A stretch of 64,000 nucleotides of DNA from Scenedesmus sp. PABB004 (Eukaryota): NCBI GenBank assembly GCA_014905635.1, contig JABVCE010000007.1, positions 744,001 to 808,000 of the forward strand, given 5' to 3'. The translations under genes and the position numbers were made by a program. Shown here piece after piece: positions 22,501 to 35,400 of the stretch (positions within the stretch are counted from its first letter, which is position 1; every line of letters begins with the position of its first letter). Under the pieces are notes generated by a model, which did no database searches, was not told the DNA's origin, and was given only the letters and a program-made list of their open reading frames with translations.

Positions 22501-25500
22501 CCGGGTGCCCCAGCTGCGCCGCGCCGCCGTCGCCCCGAGCTGGCGGGCTAGGAGGCGCGGCCGGCGCGGCGCGTCCGTCCCGCCCGCGCTGCAGCGTGCC
22601 GGGACCCTCGCCGCCCCCGGCGTCGTCCCCGCCACTGCTGGCGGCTGCCTCGCCGGGTCCCTGCAGCCGCTCCAGCAGCTGCCGCGTCACGCCACGCATG
22701 AAGGTGCTCTGCCGCCCAGCGCCCAGCACCGGCCGCACGGCGGGCGCGTCAGCGTCGCCGTCGGCGCCGCCGCCGCCCAGTTGCTCGCAAAACACGGTGC
22801 GCGCATCGGCTGCGGTCACGCCGCTGCGCGCGGCGCGGGCGGGCCGTCGGACCTGGCTGGCGCGGCCGGCGCGGCCGGCGCGGCCTGGCGCGCCGCGCCC
22901 CCGCGCCCGCGGCGTGCGCACCCGTCACCAATGACGCGGGCGTCACTCAGCAGCCGCACGAAGCCGTCGACGTGCAGGCCCAGGCAGCTGCCGCCGACCC
23001 GCAGGCTGCTGTAGGCAGCGTGCACGCGCGCCACCGCGCGCTCGCCGCGCTGCCGCGCGCCGCCGGCTGCGCCCTCGCCCGGTGCGTCGCCGGCGCCGGC
23101 GTCGGCGGCGTCGGCGGCGCCGCCCGCACCCGTGGCGACGCCGCTGGGCGCCTGGGCGGCCGCCAGCTGCCCCGCGCGCCACTTGCGGATGCGCTCCAGC
23201 ACGATGCCGGCGTGGTCCTGCGCGCCACAGGGGCGGCGTGCGCGCGTGCGCACGTGTGCGGGGCGGCGGCTCAGGCGTGGGCGCCCGGGGACGCGCGCGG
23301 CGCACAGCCTAGCTAGCTGCAGGGAGCGGCGCGCGGCCGCCACGCGCCCACCCGCATCTCGTCGTCCACGCGCAGCGGCCTCAGCGGCGCCTTGCGGTCC
23401 GGCTCCAGCAGCGCCGTCGCGCGCGCCGCCACGGTCAGCAGCAGCAACTCGACAAACTGCGGATACGTCACTGGGTGGTTCATCACGTCCACCGGGACGC
23501 CGCCGGCGCCGGCGCCGAGCGCGCCGAGTCCGCCGCCGCTCGATGTGCCAGCCCCGCCAGGCGCGGCGCCGCCGGGCGTGACCACATAGCCGCCGCGCCA
23601 GCTCACGGTGTCCGCGCCCGCGCCGCCGCGGCCGGCGCCCCCGCCACCCTGGAGCGCCACGCCCGCCAGCCAGGGCGGCGTGATGAGGTGGCTGCCGAGC
23701 AGTTCGACCAGCAGCAGCGCGGTCCACGTGTCGCGCTGCGCGGCCGCGAGGCCCCCGCGGTGCGCGCCTCCGCCGCGGCGGCCACGCGCTGGCGCCGCAG
23801 CTCGTCCTGCTGCTGCTGGTAGGTCACCTGCGCGGCGGCGGTGCGGCACGGACGGTCACACACAGCGACCGCACCTGCAAGCGAGCCAGCTGCGTTGCAG
23901 CGCAGCGAGCCGCGCCGCACCTTGGGCTTGGCGCCCGCCGCGCCCGGCGGGCCGCTGCCGCCGCCCGCGCCCCGCCGGCCCTGCGCCCGCTGCGCCCGCT
24001 GCTGCTCTCGTTCCTGCCGCCGCTGCTGGCTGCGCAGCAGCTCCTCCCAGGTGGTGTCGCCGGCTGCCGCCGGCGCGCGCTCGCCGCCCCCGCTGCTGAG
24101 CACGTGCGCGTGCGGCGACGGCAGCGCGAGCCGCACCGTGCCGCTTGGCTGCGCCTTGCTGGCCGTGGCACGGCGCTCCTGGGCGGGCGCCTCGATAATG
24201 ATGCTCGCCGCCCTGGCGCGCACCGGCACGAGCTCCACCGCGTCCAGCAGCGCCGCGTCGATGAGAGCGCCAGGCGGCCTGCGCGGCGGCGGCGGCGGCG
24301 GCGTTCTAGCCACGGCGCTGTGCGCCCACACCGCCGTCCCTTGCGCGCGCGCGCGGCTCCCGCACTCACACTTCGTGCTCACGCGGCGCCCTCGCCGGCC
24401 GCCCGGGGGCGCCCCGTAGGCTGCGCGTGGTGCTCAGCGGGCCCCCAAACACGCGGCTGCTGCCACACGACAGCCCGTCTGGGACCTGCAAGCTCAGCGG
24501 CTGCCGCGCCGCCGGGCTGGTCTCCTGGCCGCCCGCGCCCGGCGGCGGCGCGTGGTCGCACGACGCCCGGCGGCTGGGGCTGGCGCTGATGCCGCCGCCG
24601 CCTGCAAACGACGTGCACCGGCTGAGCTGCCCGCCCGCGCCGCTCGCGTCCCAGGACTGCGCGCCGCAGGCTGAGCGGCCCAGCTCGCCCGCCGCCGGCG
24701 CCTCCAGGAGCGGCGCCAGCCGGCTGGCGCCGCCCGCCCCGGGCCGGGGCTGCGCCGGCGCGGCCTTTGGCCGCGCGCCGGCGGCGGCCGCCGGCAGGCG
24801 CCCGCCGCGCCCCGCGGCGACGCGCAGCGCGGGCATCACGGGCAGGCCGGCGGTGTTTCCACCGCCGCCGTCCCCCGCCTCCTCGCCCGCCTGCTGCAGC
24901 TGCGTTATGTACTTGTCGAGCAGCCGCGGCAGCAGCCGCGCGGCGCGCAGGAAGGCCGCCAGCCTGTACAGGGGCAGGTGGAACGGGCGGCCGCCGCCGC
25001 TGCCGCCGTCGCTGCCGCAGCCAGGGCTCAGCTCGCCACCGCCGCGCCCCGCCGCCGCGCCGGCCTGCGGCGCGCCGCGGAAGCCCGCCGCGTGACGCAG
25101 CCCGAGGCGGGCGTCCGGCAGGCCGACGCTCAGGTCGGCGGCGTTGGCCGCGCTGCCGGCGAGGAAGACATAGGTGGCGTGCAGCAGCTCCGACGTGGCG
25201 GGGCTCTCCACCAGGGCGAGCAGCTCCGGCTGCAGCGCCTGGCGCAGCAGCCAGGGCGGGCCGCGCTCCGGCCGGCGGCCCTGCGGGCGGCCGCGGCGGG
25301 CGCTGCGTCGGCGGGCCGCACGGGCAGCTCGCCGCGCGCGCCCAGCCGCACCGGCCGCGGCGCACCTGCAGCCGCGCGACGTGCCAGCCCGCGAGCATGC
25401 GCAGCAGCAGCTCCGGCTGGCGGCGGTAGCCGGGATGCCGCTCCTTCATCAGCTGCCGGGGCAGGGGGGGGGGGGGGGCAGCACGGCGCAGCATGGGCAG

Positions 25501-28500
25501 CCGGCACGCCAGTGGCTGGCGCTCGAGCTCGCCCCCGCTTGCGCTGGCGCCGCGCGCCGCCAGTGACTCTCACCAGGAGCAGCAGCTCCAGCACCTCTGC
25601 CGCGTCGAGGCTCTCCACGTCCAGCACCGCGGCGCGGCCCTCGCCGCCAGCTGTCGCCGGCCTGCTGCCGCCCGGAGCTGGCACCTCCGACGCTGGGCCC
25701 TCGCCTGCCGACCGCCCCGGTCGCACGGCGCTCACCACGCGCAGCACGTCGTCGCTGAGCTCCGCTGCGCCCCCCTGACGCGGCGCCGCGCCGCCGCCGC
25801 CTGCAGCGCCGTCGACGACAGGGCCGCCGCCAGCTCCGCCGCCGCCCTCTTTGCCGCCGCCGGGGCCGCCGCCGCCGCGCGCCGGGCCCAGCCGGCCGCG
25901 CTTGCGGTGCAGCGCCGTCTCCCAGACGCGCAGCACGTCCAGGTGCTCGGTGATATTGTCGACCAGCGCAATCTCCCGGCAAAGCAGCAGCAGCCCGTGT
26001 AGGCCGAGCTCGGCCGGGCCGGCGCCGCCGCCGGCACAGCCGCTGCCCGGCGCCGCCGCGCAGCCTGGGCGGCTGGCCGAGCTGCCGCCGCCGGCGCCGG
26101 CGAGCGACGGCGCTGCGCCGCTCCGGCCGGCTGCGACCGAGGGCGCGGCGCGGCCTGGACCGTCGGCGGCGGAGCCAGCCCACGCCTGGCTGCGCCAGCC
26201 GGCAGAGCCAGGGGTGGGCGGGCCGGGTGAGTTGGGCGACTCAGCGTCGCCTGCGCCGCCGCCCCCGACCTCCTCCGCAAAGCTCACGCCGGCGTTGAGG
26301 TTGCCAGCCCTCGCGGGGCGGGGGCGGCCGCCGCCCGGCAGCTTGCCGCCGCCCGCCTGGCCGCCGTCATGCGGCGCCGAGGGGCTGCCGGTGCTGGCCC
26401 GGCCGGCCGCCGACGCGAGCGACGGCGCGTAGCCGCGCACGATGGAGGCCGGGCCCTTCAGCGCGCGGCTGGCGCGCGACACCGCGCTCGGCGCCACGCT
26501 GCCGCGCTCCCACGCGTCGTCGCCGGCGCCGCCCGGCGCCAGCGACTGGCCGACGCCGCCCTGCGGCAGGGCCTGCAGGCCGCCGCCGCGACCGAGGTGG
26601 CAGCTGATGTATGCCGACAGCACAGCCAGGACTGCGGCGCGCATCTCGGCTGCCCGAGGCACCGCAGTGGCAGCGGCGGCGAGGGGTGTGTGCTCAGCGT
26701 CGCGCGGCGCCGCGGCCGGCCGCGCTCGCGGCGCGCCCGCCAGGCGCGCACCTGTCGTGGGTGTGTGGTGCGACGGCGCGGCCAGCACCACGGTGTGCGC
26801 CTCGCCGCACGCCACCGCCGCCACTGGCTCGCGGTCTGGATCAAACTGTGGCTGGCCAGGCGCGTCGGCGTCCGCCTCGTCGCCGCTCCCGCCATCGCTG
26901 CCAGCGGCCTGCCCCTCTCCCCCTTCGTCGCCGCCGGGCGCAGCGCCGCAGCAGGTGATGGCGAGGCGCACGCCGCCCCCGGGCAGCACCTCCAGCGCGA
27001 CTGCCAGCGCCGGCGCGCCCTCACCAGCGCCGCGCGCCGGCACGGCCGCCGCCGCCTGCGCCGCCGCCAGCGGCGCCGCGCCGCCCAGCATGCTGGCCGG
27101 CAGGCTGCCGCGGTCGCCCCACAGCAGCAGCCGGCCGTCGGCGGCGACCGCCGCCGCGGTCTCGACGCCGCAGGCGACGCGTGCCACGTGCACGCCCGCG
27201 AGCCACGGCAGCGGCGCGCGCTGGGCGCCCGCGGCTGCCGCGGCGGCGGCGCCGCCGCCCGACAGGCGGCCGCTGCCGCCCCACAGAAACACGGCGCCGC
27301 TGGCGCTGAGCGCCATGGAACCGGCCGCCGCCGCGACCTGCACGCACGGCGGCAGCCCCGGCACCAGCGTGGGCAGGGGCCGGTCCTGCGCGTCGCCCGT
27401 GCCGCACGCGCCCTGGCCGTTGTGGCCCCAGGCGAACACGCGGCCGTCGCCCGCCAGCGCGAGCGTGTGCGCGGCGCCGCACGCCACCTGCACCACGGTG
27501 CAGCCGCGCAACCCGCCAACGAACGAGGGCGGCAGCACGTCGGGCGCGCCGCCGATGCCCAGGCGGCCGTACCTGCGGCGGCGATCGCGGCGGGTGAGCA
27601 CGGGCGGGTGAGCGTGGGCGGGCGAGCCTGGGGACCCCCCCCCCCGCCACGGCATGCCGCGGGTCGCTCACTTGCCGTGGCCCCAGGTGCAGACCATGCC
27701 GCTGTCCGCCGTCGCCGCGGCGCTGTGCTTCGCGCCCGCCGACACGCACAGCAGGCGCTGGCCGTCAATGCCGTGCACGCGCGCCGGCTGCTGCACGTGG
27801 CGGTACTGCAAAGGCAGGCCCAGCTGGCCCTGTGTTGCGTGCGTGTGCGCGCGGCGGCGTCGGCGGGCGGCGGCATCGAGCCTGGCCCCCCGCCGCGGCA
27901 GCCCAACCCCGCCAGGCGCCCGCGCCGGCGGCCGCGCGCCTTGTCGTTGCTGCCCCACGCCATGAGGCCCGAGGAGGCGAGCGCAGCGAGCGTGTGCCGC
28001 GCGCCGCACGCGACCATGTGCACCGCCGCGCCCTGCCGCGGCGGCGCGGGGCGGCGGGCGGGCGCGCTCTTGCTCAGCCCCGCGCCGCGCACGCAGCGGC
28101 CGGGCGAGCCGCAGCGGCACGGCGCGCGCCGCCCACCACGTGCAGGCGATACACCGCCAGCACGTCCGCGTCGCCCGCGTCGCCCGCGTCGCCCGCGTCG
28201 CCGGCGGTGGCGTGCGCCCCAGGCTGCTGCTCCAGCGGCTGCTGCTGCTGCTGCTGCTCCAGCTGCTGCTTCTGCTGCTGGCTGTGGGCGCCCTGCTGCT
28301 CCAGCTGCGGCTGCGGCCGCCGCGTCCGCGCGCCAACGCCGCCCGCGCCGCCGCCGCGGCAGCGTCTGCGCGTTCGGCGGCGGCCGCCGCCTCGGCCGCC
28401 AGCAGCGCCTCGCTCTCGCGCGCAAACTCGTCGGCCTGGCGCTCCCGCTGCTGCGCGGCCGCGAGGCCGCTGACGAGCGCCTGCGGCAGCCGCAGGCTGG

Positions 28501-29078
28501 CGGCCAGCTGGATGAGGCTCTCAGACTTCCTGAACCCCCGCGCCGCGCCCCGCTGCGGCTGCTGCGGCGCGGCAGCGTCGGCTGCCGCCGCCGCTGAGCC
28601 AGGCAGGCCGCCGTCGGGCGGTGCTGGCGCCAGCGCGTGCGCGACGACCGGCGCCTGGCCCTCCTCGGCGCCCAGCAGCGCTGGGTCGGCGCCCCAGGTG
28701 AAAATGAGGCCGCCCTCAGCCGCCGCGGCGCTGTGGCGCGGCCCCGCCGCGGCGCTGGTGAAGCGCACGCCGTCGCGCAGCGAGAGCGGCTCCGCCGCCG
28801 CGTCGCAGCCGCCGGCGCCGGCGCCGGCGCCCGGCGCGTGCTGGCGGCCAAACGTCCACACGCGCGCCTGCTCGACGCGGCCCTGCAGCACCTGCCACAC
28901 GTTCATGCAGTGCACCTCGGCCGGGAGGTGCAGCGGCGGGCCTGCGCGCATGCGTGGCGCGCGCTTGGCCGGGCGCGGCGGCGCGCGACGCGCAGCGCGG
29001 CGCTGCTGCGGGCGGCGCGCCTGGGCGCATGCGGCGCAGCCGGTCGACCGCGGCCTTGGGGTCGTCAATGGCGACCAT
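19532..29078 (-). CDS. Very large multi-exon protein: N-terminal RCC1 repeats, central helical/EF-hand-like segments, C-terminal kinesin-light-chain-type TPR
   Basis: RCC1 motifs VACGARHTLA, WGSNDKGQLG, VSAGAKHSAA, WGHGKYGRLG, VACGAAHTLAL..VFAWGHNGQGACG. TPR-like LGRRHPDTAAAAHNLGLVLDCLG and LGASHPRTLVAARN. The splice 24369-24279 links the two halves. Last exon open to TAA at 19532. Exact model and start are uncertain. Confidence 0.7.
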
Positions 29079-29605
29079 GAAGGCCAGCATCTGGCTGCCG
29101 TACTGCTGCTGCCCGAGCAGGCCCCACGCCGCGCCGCCGCCGCCGCCGCCGTCGCCGCCGGCGCGGCCGCCGCCGGCGCGCGGGCGCGGCGGGGCCGGCG
29201 GACGACATGGCCGCTGCTGCCGGCGGCGGTCCGCGCTGCCGGGGCACCGCGGCCGGGAAATGCGGCGCTGGGCAGCAGCCGTGCGGGCGGTCAACGCAGC
29301 AGGTCGCTGAACCCCGCTGCGCAAGGCTGCTGGAAGGTTGCTGCTGCTCGTCCCGCGGGCCGCCATCATCAGCTCTGCGCGCCCGTACCGCGCCCGCACG
29401 AGCGCCGCGGTCGCAGCGCACCGCCGCCGCTGCTCCCAGGCCGCCAGCAGCAGCCAGGCCGCAGCCACCCGCGCAGCCCGCCCCTGCCAGCCACGCGCGC
29501 CGGGAGTGACTGGGCGCAGCGCCGGCGGCGGCAGCGGTGGCAGCGGCGGCACCGGCGGCGGCAGCGAGCGGCGGCGGCAGCAGCAGCGGCGGTGCCGGCG
29601 GGAAA

Positions 29606-31184
29606 ATGGCCGCCGCGGCGGGCCCCCCGGCCCTCTGCACGCCGGAGGAGATGCTGCAGCTGCTGGCAGCCCACGACTGCTGGGTGTTTGACCTCGACGG
29701 TCCGCGCGCAGCACAGCGCGCGCCCCGCAGCGCGCGAGCAACGCGCCGCGAGCCGGGCGCGTCCGCGACCGCCGCTGCCGCCGCCGCCGCGGCAGGCACG
29801 CTCTGGCGCGGCAGCGAGCTCATCGACGGCGTGGTGGAGGCGCTGCAGCTGCTGCTGCGCCTGGTGCGGCGGGCGGGTGCTCCGCCGGCGCGCCGCAGCG
29901 CGCGGGCCTCAGCGCCGCTGACGCGGCGCCCTTGACGCCCACACAACGCCCAGGGCAAGCAGGTGCTGTATCTGACAAACAACTCCATGCACAGCCGGGC
30001 GCGCTACGCGCAAAAGTGCGCGGCGCTGGGCCTGCCCGCGAGCGAGGCGTCCATCTACTCGTCCTCCTACTCCGCCGCGCTCTACCTCGACTCAATCGGC
30101 TTTGACCGCACCAAAAAGGTGCGCCGGCGCCAGGGCCGGCCGCGCGGCGGCTGCGGCCCGCGCCGCAGCGCCCGCGGCGGCGCGACCGCGCGGCGGCCAC
30201 CGGCGCGGCAGGTGTACGTCGTCGGCGAGCGCGGCATCATGGACGAGCTGGCGGCGGTCGGCATCGACTGCTTCGGCGGGCCCGACGACAACGAGCGCCG
30301 CGTGAGCTTCGCGGCAGAGATGGCGCACGACCCCCAGGCGCGCAGCGCAGCGGCGCGGGCCGCGCCGCCCCGGCGGCCGCGCCGCGCGCGCCGCGCCGCT
30401 GCCGCCGCGGGGCGGCCGACGCGGCGGCGGCGCGTGCGCCGCGGGCCCCGCCCGCCGCGGGCGCAGGTCGGCGCGGTGGTGTGCGGCGTGGACCCTGGGC
30501 TCAACTACTACAAGGTCCAGTACGCGTCCCTCTGCATCCTCAACAACCCGGGCTGCCTGTTCATTGCGACCAACTCGGACGCGCGCGGCCACTTCACGCC
30601 GCGCACCGAGTGGGCGGGCGCGGGCGCGACCGTGGGCGCGATCAAGGGTGCGTGGCATGCGGAGGTCCCGCGGCGGCACGCGGCGTCGTCCCGCGGCGTC
30701 GTCCCGCGCAGCCCGGCGCGCGCCGACCCGCCCCCGCGCGCGCGCGCGCGCGCAGCGGTGGTGGAGCGGGAGCCGGTGCTGACGGGCAAGCCGAGTACTT
30801 TCACGTTTGACGCCATCGCCCGGACGCACGGCGTGGCAGCGGACAGGGCCATCATCGTCGGCGATCGGCTCGACACCGACATCGCCTGGGGGCACGCCGC
30901 GGGGCTGACCACGCTGCTGGTGCTGACAGGCGAGGCGGCGGCGCCGCGGGGTGGCGGCGGCGGCGGCGAGGGGCCGCTGCGCGGGCCGACGCACGCGCCG
31001 CTGCGGCTGCGCAGGCGTGACCGACGCGGAGCTGCTGGCGGCGCAGCACGCCGGTGGCGACGGCAGCGACGGCGGCGGGCGGCGGCTGTGCCGGCCGCAC
31101 CACGCGCTGGCCAGCTTTGGCGACCTGCGGCTCGTGGCGGCCGAGGCGGAGCGGCGGCTGGGCGCGGCGCAGCAGCTGAACTGA
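29606..31184 (+). CDS. PGP: HAD-IIA phosphoglycolate/4-nitrophenyl phosphatase, 7 exons
   Basis: WVFDLDG-TLW (motif I), YLTNNS (II), FIATNSD, GKPS (III), VGDRLDTDIAWG..TLLVLTG-VT (IV). Confidence 0.93.
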
Positions 31185-31445
31185 CGTGGGCGGGCACGCA
31201 GACGCGCCGGGCGGGCGCGCGAGCGGCGGCGTTGGCCGTGTTACTGCAGGCCGCGCTCACGAGAGCGCGCACGCACGCGCGCCTGGCATGATGAGGACGG
31301 GCGCCGCCCGTCGACCACAAAAAAGCTGCTGCTGCTGCAGCGCCGCCGACCGCTGCTCACGCCACGTGCTGCCGCTGCAGCCCGCCCGCCCGCCCCCGCG
31401 CTCGCCCAAGTGCTGCCGCCGCCGTCCGCTGCCGCGCCGGTCCGC

Positions 31446-32104
31446 TCACTCGCCCTTCTTGGCCGCAGCGTCCGCCGGCTTCGCCGCGCCGTCGGCGGGC
31501 GCGTCGTCGTCGGCGTTTGCGGCCGCCTCGAGCTCGGTCTTGAACTCCTGCGCCGCGGTCTGGAACGACTTGACCGTCTTGCCGAGCCCCTTGCCCAGCT
31601 CCGGCAGCTTGCTCGGCCCAAAGATGAGCGCCGCGACGCCGGCGATGACAGCAATCTCGGGCAGGCCCAGCCCAAAGAGCCCCGCGCACGCGACGCCGCG
31701 CGGCGACGTGCGCGCGGCGCCGCCGCCGAGCGGCGGCGGCGGCGCGCCGCCGCGCCGGCGGCTGCTGCGGCTGCTGCTGAGGCCCTGCGGTGGGTGAGCG
31801 GCGGCGTGCGGCGGTGAGCGGCGGTGCGCGGCGCCGGCGCTGGCGCCGCGGCAGCAGCGGCGGCAGCGGCGCGCGGCGCGGTGGCGCGCATGCATCCCGC
31901 GCCGCGCCCCACGCGCGCTGCGCAGCCGCCCCACGCGCGCTGCGCAGCCGCCCCGCGCCCGGGCGCGGCCCCCGGCGCGCGACTCGCCTGGGCGGGCGCC
32001 CGCACCACGCTGGCCGGGCAGGCCAGGCCGCGCGGCGGCCGGGCGGCGGAGCCGGAGGCGAGGCCGGCCCGCCCGGCCGTCGCCTGCATCATCAGGGCGG
32101 GCAT
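31446..32104 (-). CDS. TATA: Chloroplast Tat translocase subunit TatA/Tha4
   Basis: Transit-peptide-like exon followed by GLFGLGLPEIAVIAGVAALIFGPSKLPELGKGLGKTVKSFQTAAQEF. Confidence 0.95.
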
Positions 32105-32460
32105 TGCGCCGCGAGAGGGCGAGCTCGGTGCCGGCGGGCGCGGGCGCGGGCTCGAACGGGCGCGTGCGAGGGCGCGGGGAGGGCGCGGAGTCGCGGATTG
32201 CCGCCTCCGCGCGGCGGTGTGCCGCGTAGATCGAGGCCGAGCGTCGGGCCGACCGGTGCGCTTCCCTGTGCTGTTCCAGCTCCCCTATGCCGCCCCTCGC
32301 CTCCCGTGCGTCCCCACAGCGAGGTGGGGCCGGTGAGCGCACGACCCGCGGGCCGGCGCGGCGCCCGCTGCCCGCGGAGAGGCAGCAGCTGAGAGGGCAG
32401 CAGCAGCTGATCGAACACCGGCCTGGCAGCCGCTGCGGGCCTGGGGGCCGGCGAGGGGCG

Positions 32461-35400
32461 ATGACATCGGCCTTCACCGCCAGCGTGTGGGGCCGGGGCC
32501 GCGCCGCGATCGCCCTCAGCGCGGCAGCGGCGGCGGCGGCGCGCGCGGGCGGCAGCGAAGAGGAGTGCGCGATTTGCCGCGACGACGTCCCCGTCTCGAT
32601 CGCCTTCGTTCCCTGCAAGCACCGCGTCTGCTTCGGCTGCGTGGAGACCATGCGCGCCAAGAACATCTTCAAGGCGCGCGGCAGCAACGACGCGGGCGCT
32701 GCTCGCCGCAGCTGCGGCGGCGGCCAACCGTCGCAACCGCCGCCCGCAGGTGGACTCGGGCATCAAGTGCCCCTTCTGCCGGCAGTACGTCGACGGCTAC
32801 AAGGCCATCCAGCCGTGAGCCGCGCGCGGGCGCGCGCGGCGCGGCGCCACGTGGCAGCAGGCCGACGCGCCTGGCGCCGCCGCCTCCTGCGCCGCGTGGC
32901 GGCCCGCAGGCCTTGCGAAAGCGTGCAGCGCTTCCTGGCTGAGGCGAACCAGGCGGCCAAGATCGCGGCGGCGGCGCGCGCGGCGCAGGAGCGCCGCGAG
33001 CAGGGCGGCGCCGCGCCGGCAGCGCCGACGGCCGCGCCCCCGAGCGGAGCGGGCAGCGGCGGCGCGCGCACCGCGGCGGTGCGCCGGCCGGCCGCGCGAG
33101 CGCGCATGTGAGCGCGCCCGCGCGCGTGCGCCGCCCCGCGACGCGGCGACCCCGCGCGGCCCACGCGCGGCCCCCTGCGCCGCGCCGCCCCGCGCGCAGT
33201 CGGCCGCGAGCGGCGCGGCGGCGGAGGACCAGACCTGGAACTGCGGCGGCTGCGGCGTGGCAAACTACATGTGGCGCGAGTTCTGCAGCCGCTGCAAGCG
33301 CCCCACCCCCACCCCTATGCAACAGACAAGATCAGCCAGACGCGGAAGGCACGCGGCGGGCGCCGCCGCAGGCACTGCGCCGCGCCGCGTGCCGCCGCGC
33401 GCTGCCACACAGCCCGCGCCGAGGAGCGCGCCGCCGCGCGCCGCGTGCCGCACCCGTGCCGCAGGACCTGGGGCTGGTGAGCCGCGAGGAGCTGGTGGGG
33501 TACCTGCGTGACCAGGGCGGCTTTGCGCTGCGCCGGGGCCTGCGAGACATGGGCGTCTCGCTCGACAGCTGCCGCTCGTACGGTGCGCACGCCCGGGCGC
33601 CGCGCCGCAGCTGCCGCGCCTCGCGCGGCCGGGCGGCGGCGCGCGCCGGGAGGGGGCGCCGCGCCGGGGGCTGAGCGCCGAGCCGCCGTGTCGCGGGCTG
33701 AGCGCCGCTGCCCGCCGGCGCGCAGGCAGCGTGGCGTGCGTGCGCGAGGCGGTCGCGCTGCATGGGCTCAAGCGCGTGCTGCACATCGCCGCGCTGCTCG
33801 CCGACGCCGACGCGCTGCGCGACGCGTCGCTGTCAAAGCTCGGCAACCTGGGCGTGCAGGCGCGCCGCCGCGCCGCGCCCCGCTCCGCTCCGGGCGCGGT
33901 CGGCGCCCCCGCCAGCAGGGCCGCCCGCCCGCGCGCGGCGCCCGCATGCCGCCCACCCGCCCGCCCCGGCCGCGCCGCGCAGCGCACGCTGGAGTCCATG
34001 GCCAAGCTGCGCACCGCGTTCCCCGCCGACCACCCGCACCCGGAGGTCGAGGCCTTCAAACACGCCCACGGCGGGCGGGACCCGTTTGGTGCGCGCCCGG
34101 GGCCGCCGCCGGGCAGGCCGCGCCCGGGGCCCCGCCCGCCCGCAGCACGCGCCTGCCGCCGCCGCCGCGCCTGGCGCCTCCGCCGCGCGGGGCGCTTGAC
34201 CAGCCCGGTGTGCCGCCGCTGCTGCAAACGCGCAGCGGCGCTGCTGGAGGCGCTGCGGGGCCGCGTGCTCGAGTACTGCCTGCACGAGAAGGGCGTGTAT
34301 GTGGTGCAGTGCGCCTGCGCGCTCGCGAGCAACGCGGAGCTCGTGGAGCTGGGCCAGGCGCGCGCGCGGGGCGCCGCGCGGCGATGCAGTGTGCGCCGCG
34401 CGACCGCGCCGCGTTTGCGCCCGCGCGAGCCTGCCGCCGCCGCATCCGCCGCCGCGGCCGCAGGCCGTGTTCCCGCTCGCGCTCGTGGTCGCGCGCGACC
34501 CGCGCGGCGTGTTTGCGCTGCTGCACCTGCTCGACCTGCTCTCGCAGCGCATCTGGAACGACGCCGCGGTCTGCGAGCCCGCGCTGCAGGCGAGCGCCGG
34601 CGCCCGGCCACGCGCCGCGCGCGCGGCGCCGGCAGCGCGCAGCCCCGGCCGGCGCCGACGCGCCGCCCCGCGCCTCGCCGCCCGCACGCGCGCCAGGCGG
34701 TGGACTTGCTCTGCACGGTGCTCGCGGCCAGCGACAGGCAGGTCGTCCACACGGCCGGCCACGGGCTGTCGGGCAAGGTCCAGGTGAGGGCTGCCGCGGC
34801 CGCGGCGGGGCCCTGCGGCGGCGCCTGCGCGGCGCCGCCGCTGGCTCCCGCTGCCGCCCGGCGGCGCCGGCCCCGCCCGCCCTTCCCGCCACTCCCGCCG
34901 CCTCTCCCGCCGCCGTGCACACGCGCGCACGCGTGCCCCTGCGCGCCGTGCCGCGTCGCCCACGCCCAGGTGCGCGCGATCGCCGTGAGCATGCCCCGCC
35001 TGCCGGCGCTGCGCCTGGCCGTCAAGATCGCGGCGCACGCGGCGACGCTGTCCGGGTGCAGCGGCGGGCTGCAGACGCTCATGGAGCTGCTGCAGCTCTA
35101 CGGCCACAACCAGGCCGCCGCGGAGGGCCTGCGCGACGTCGCGACGACGATGTGCTACGCCCTGCAGGGCGGCATGGCCAAGTGCGGCGCGGCGCGCCGT
35201 CGACGCGCGGCGCGCCGGCGACGTGCCGGCGCGGCGCGGCGCGGCCCCGCGCGCCCACGCCATGCCGCCACGCCGGCCGCCCAGGTTTGCGCTCGGGGAC
35301 GACAACGCCGCCGAGTTCCTCCTCACGCTCGTGGAGCGGCTGGGGCACGAGCAGGAGGCTGCGTGGCTCGACAGCGTCGCGCAGGAGCTCGTCGGCGTGT

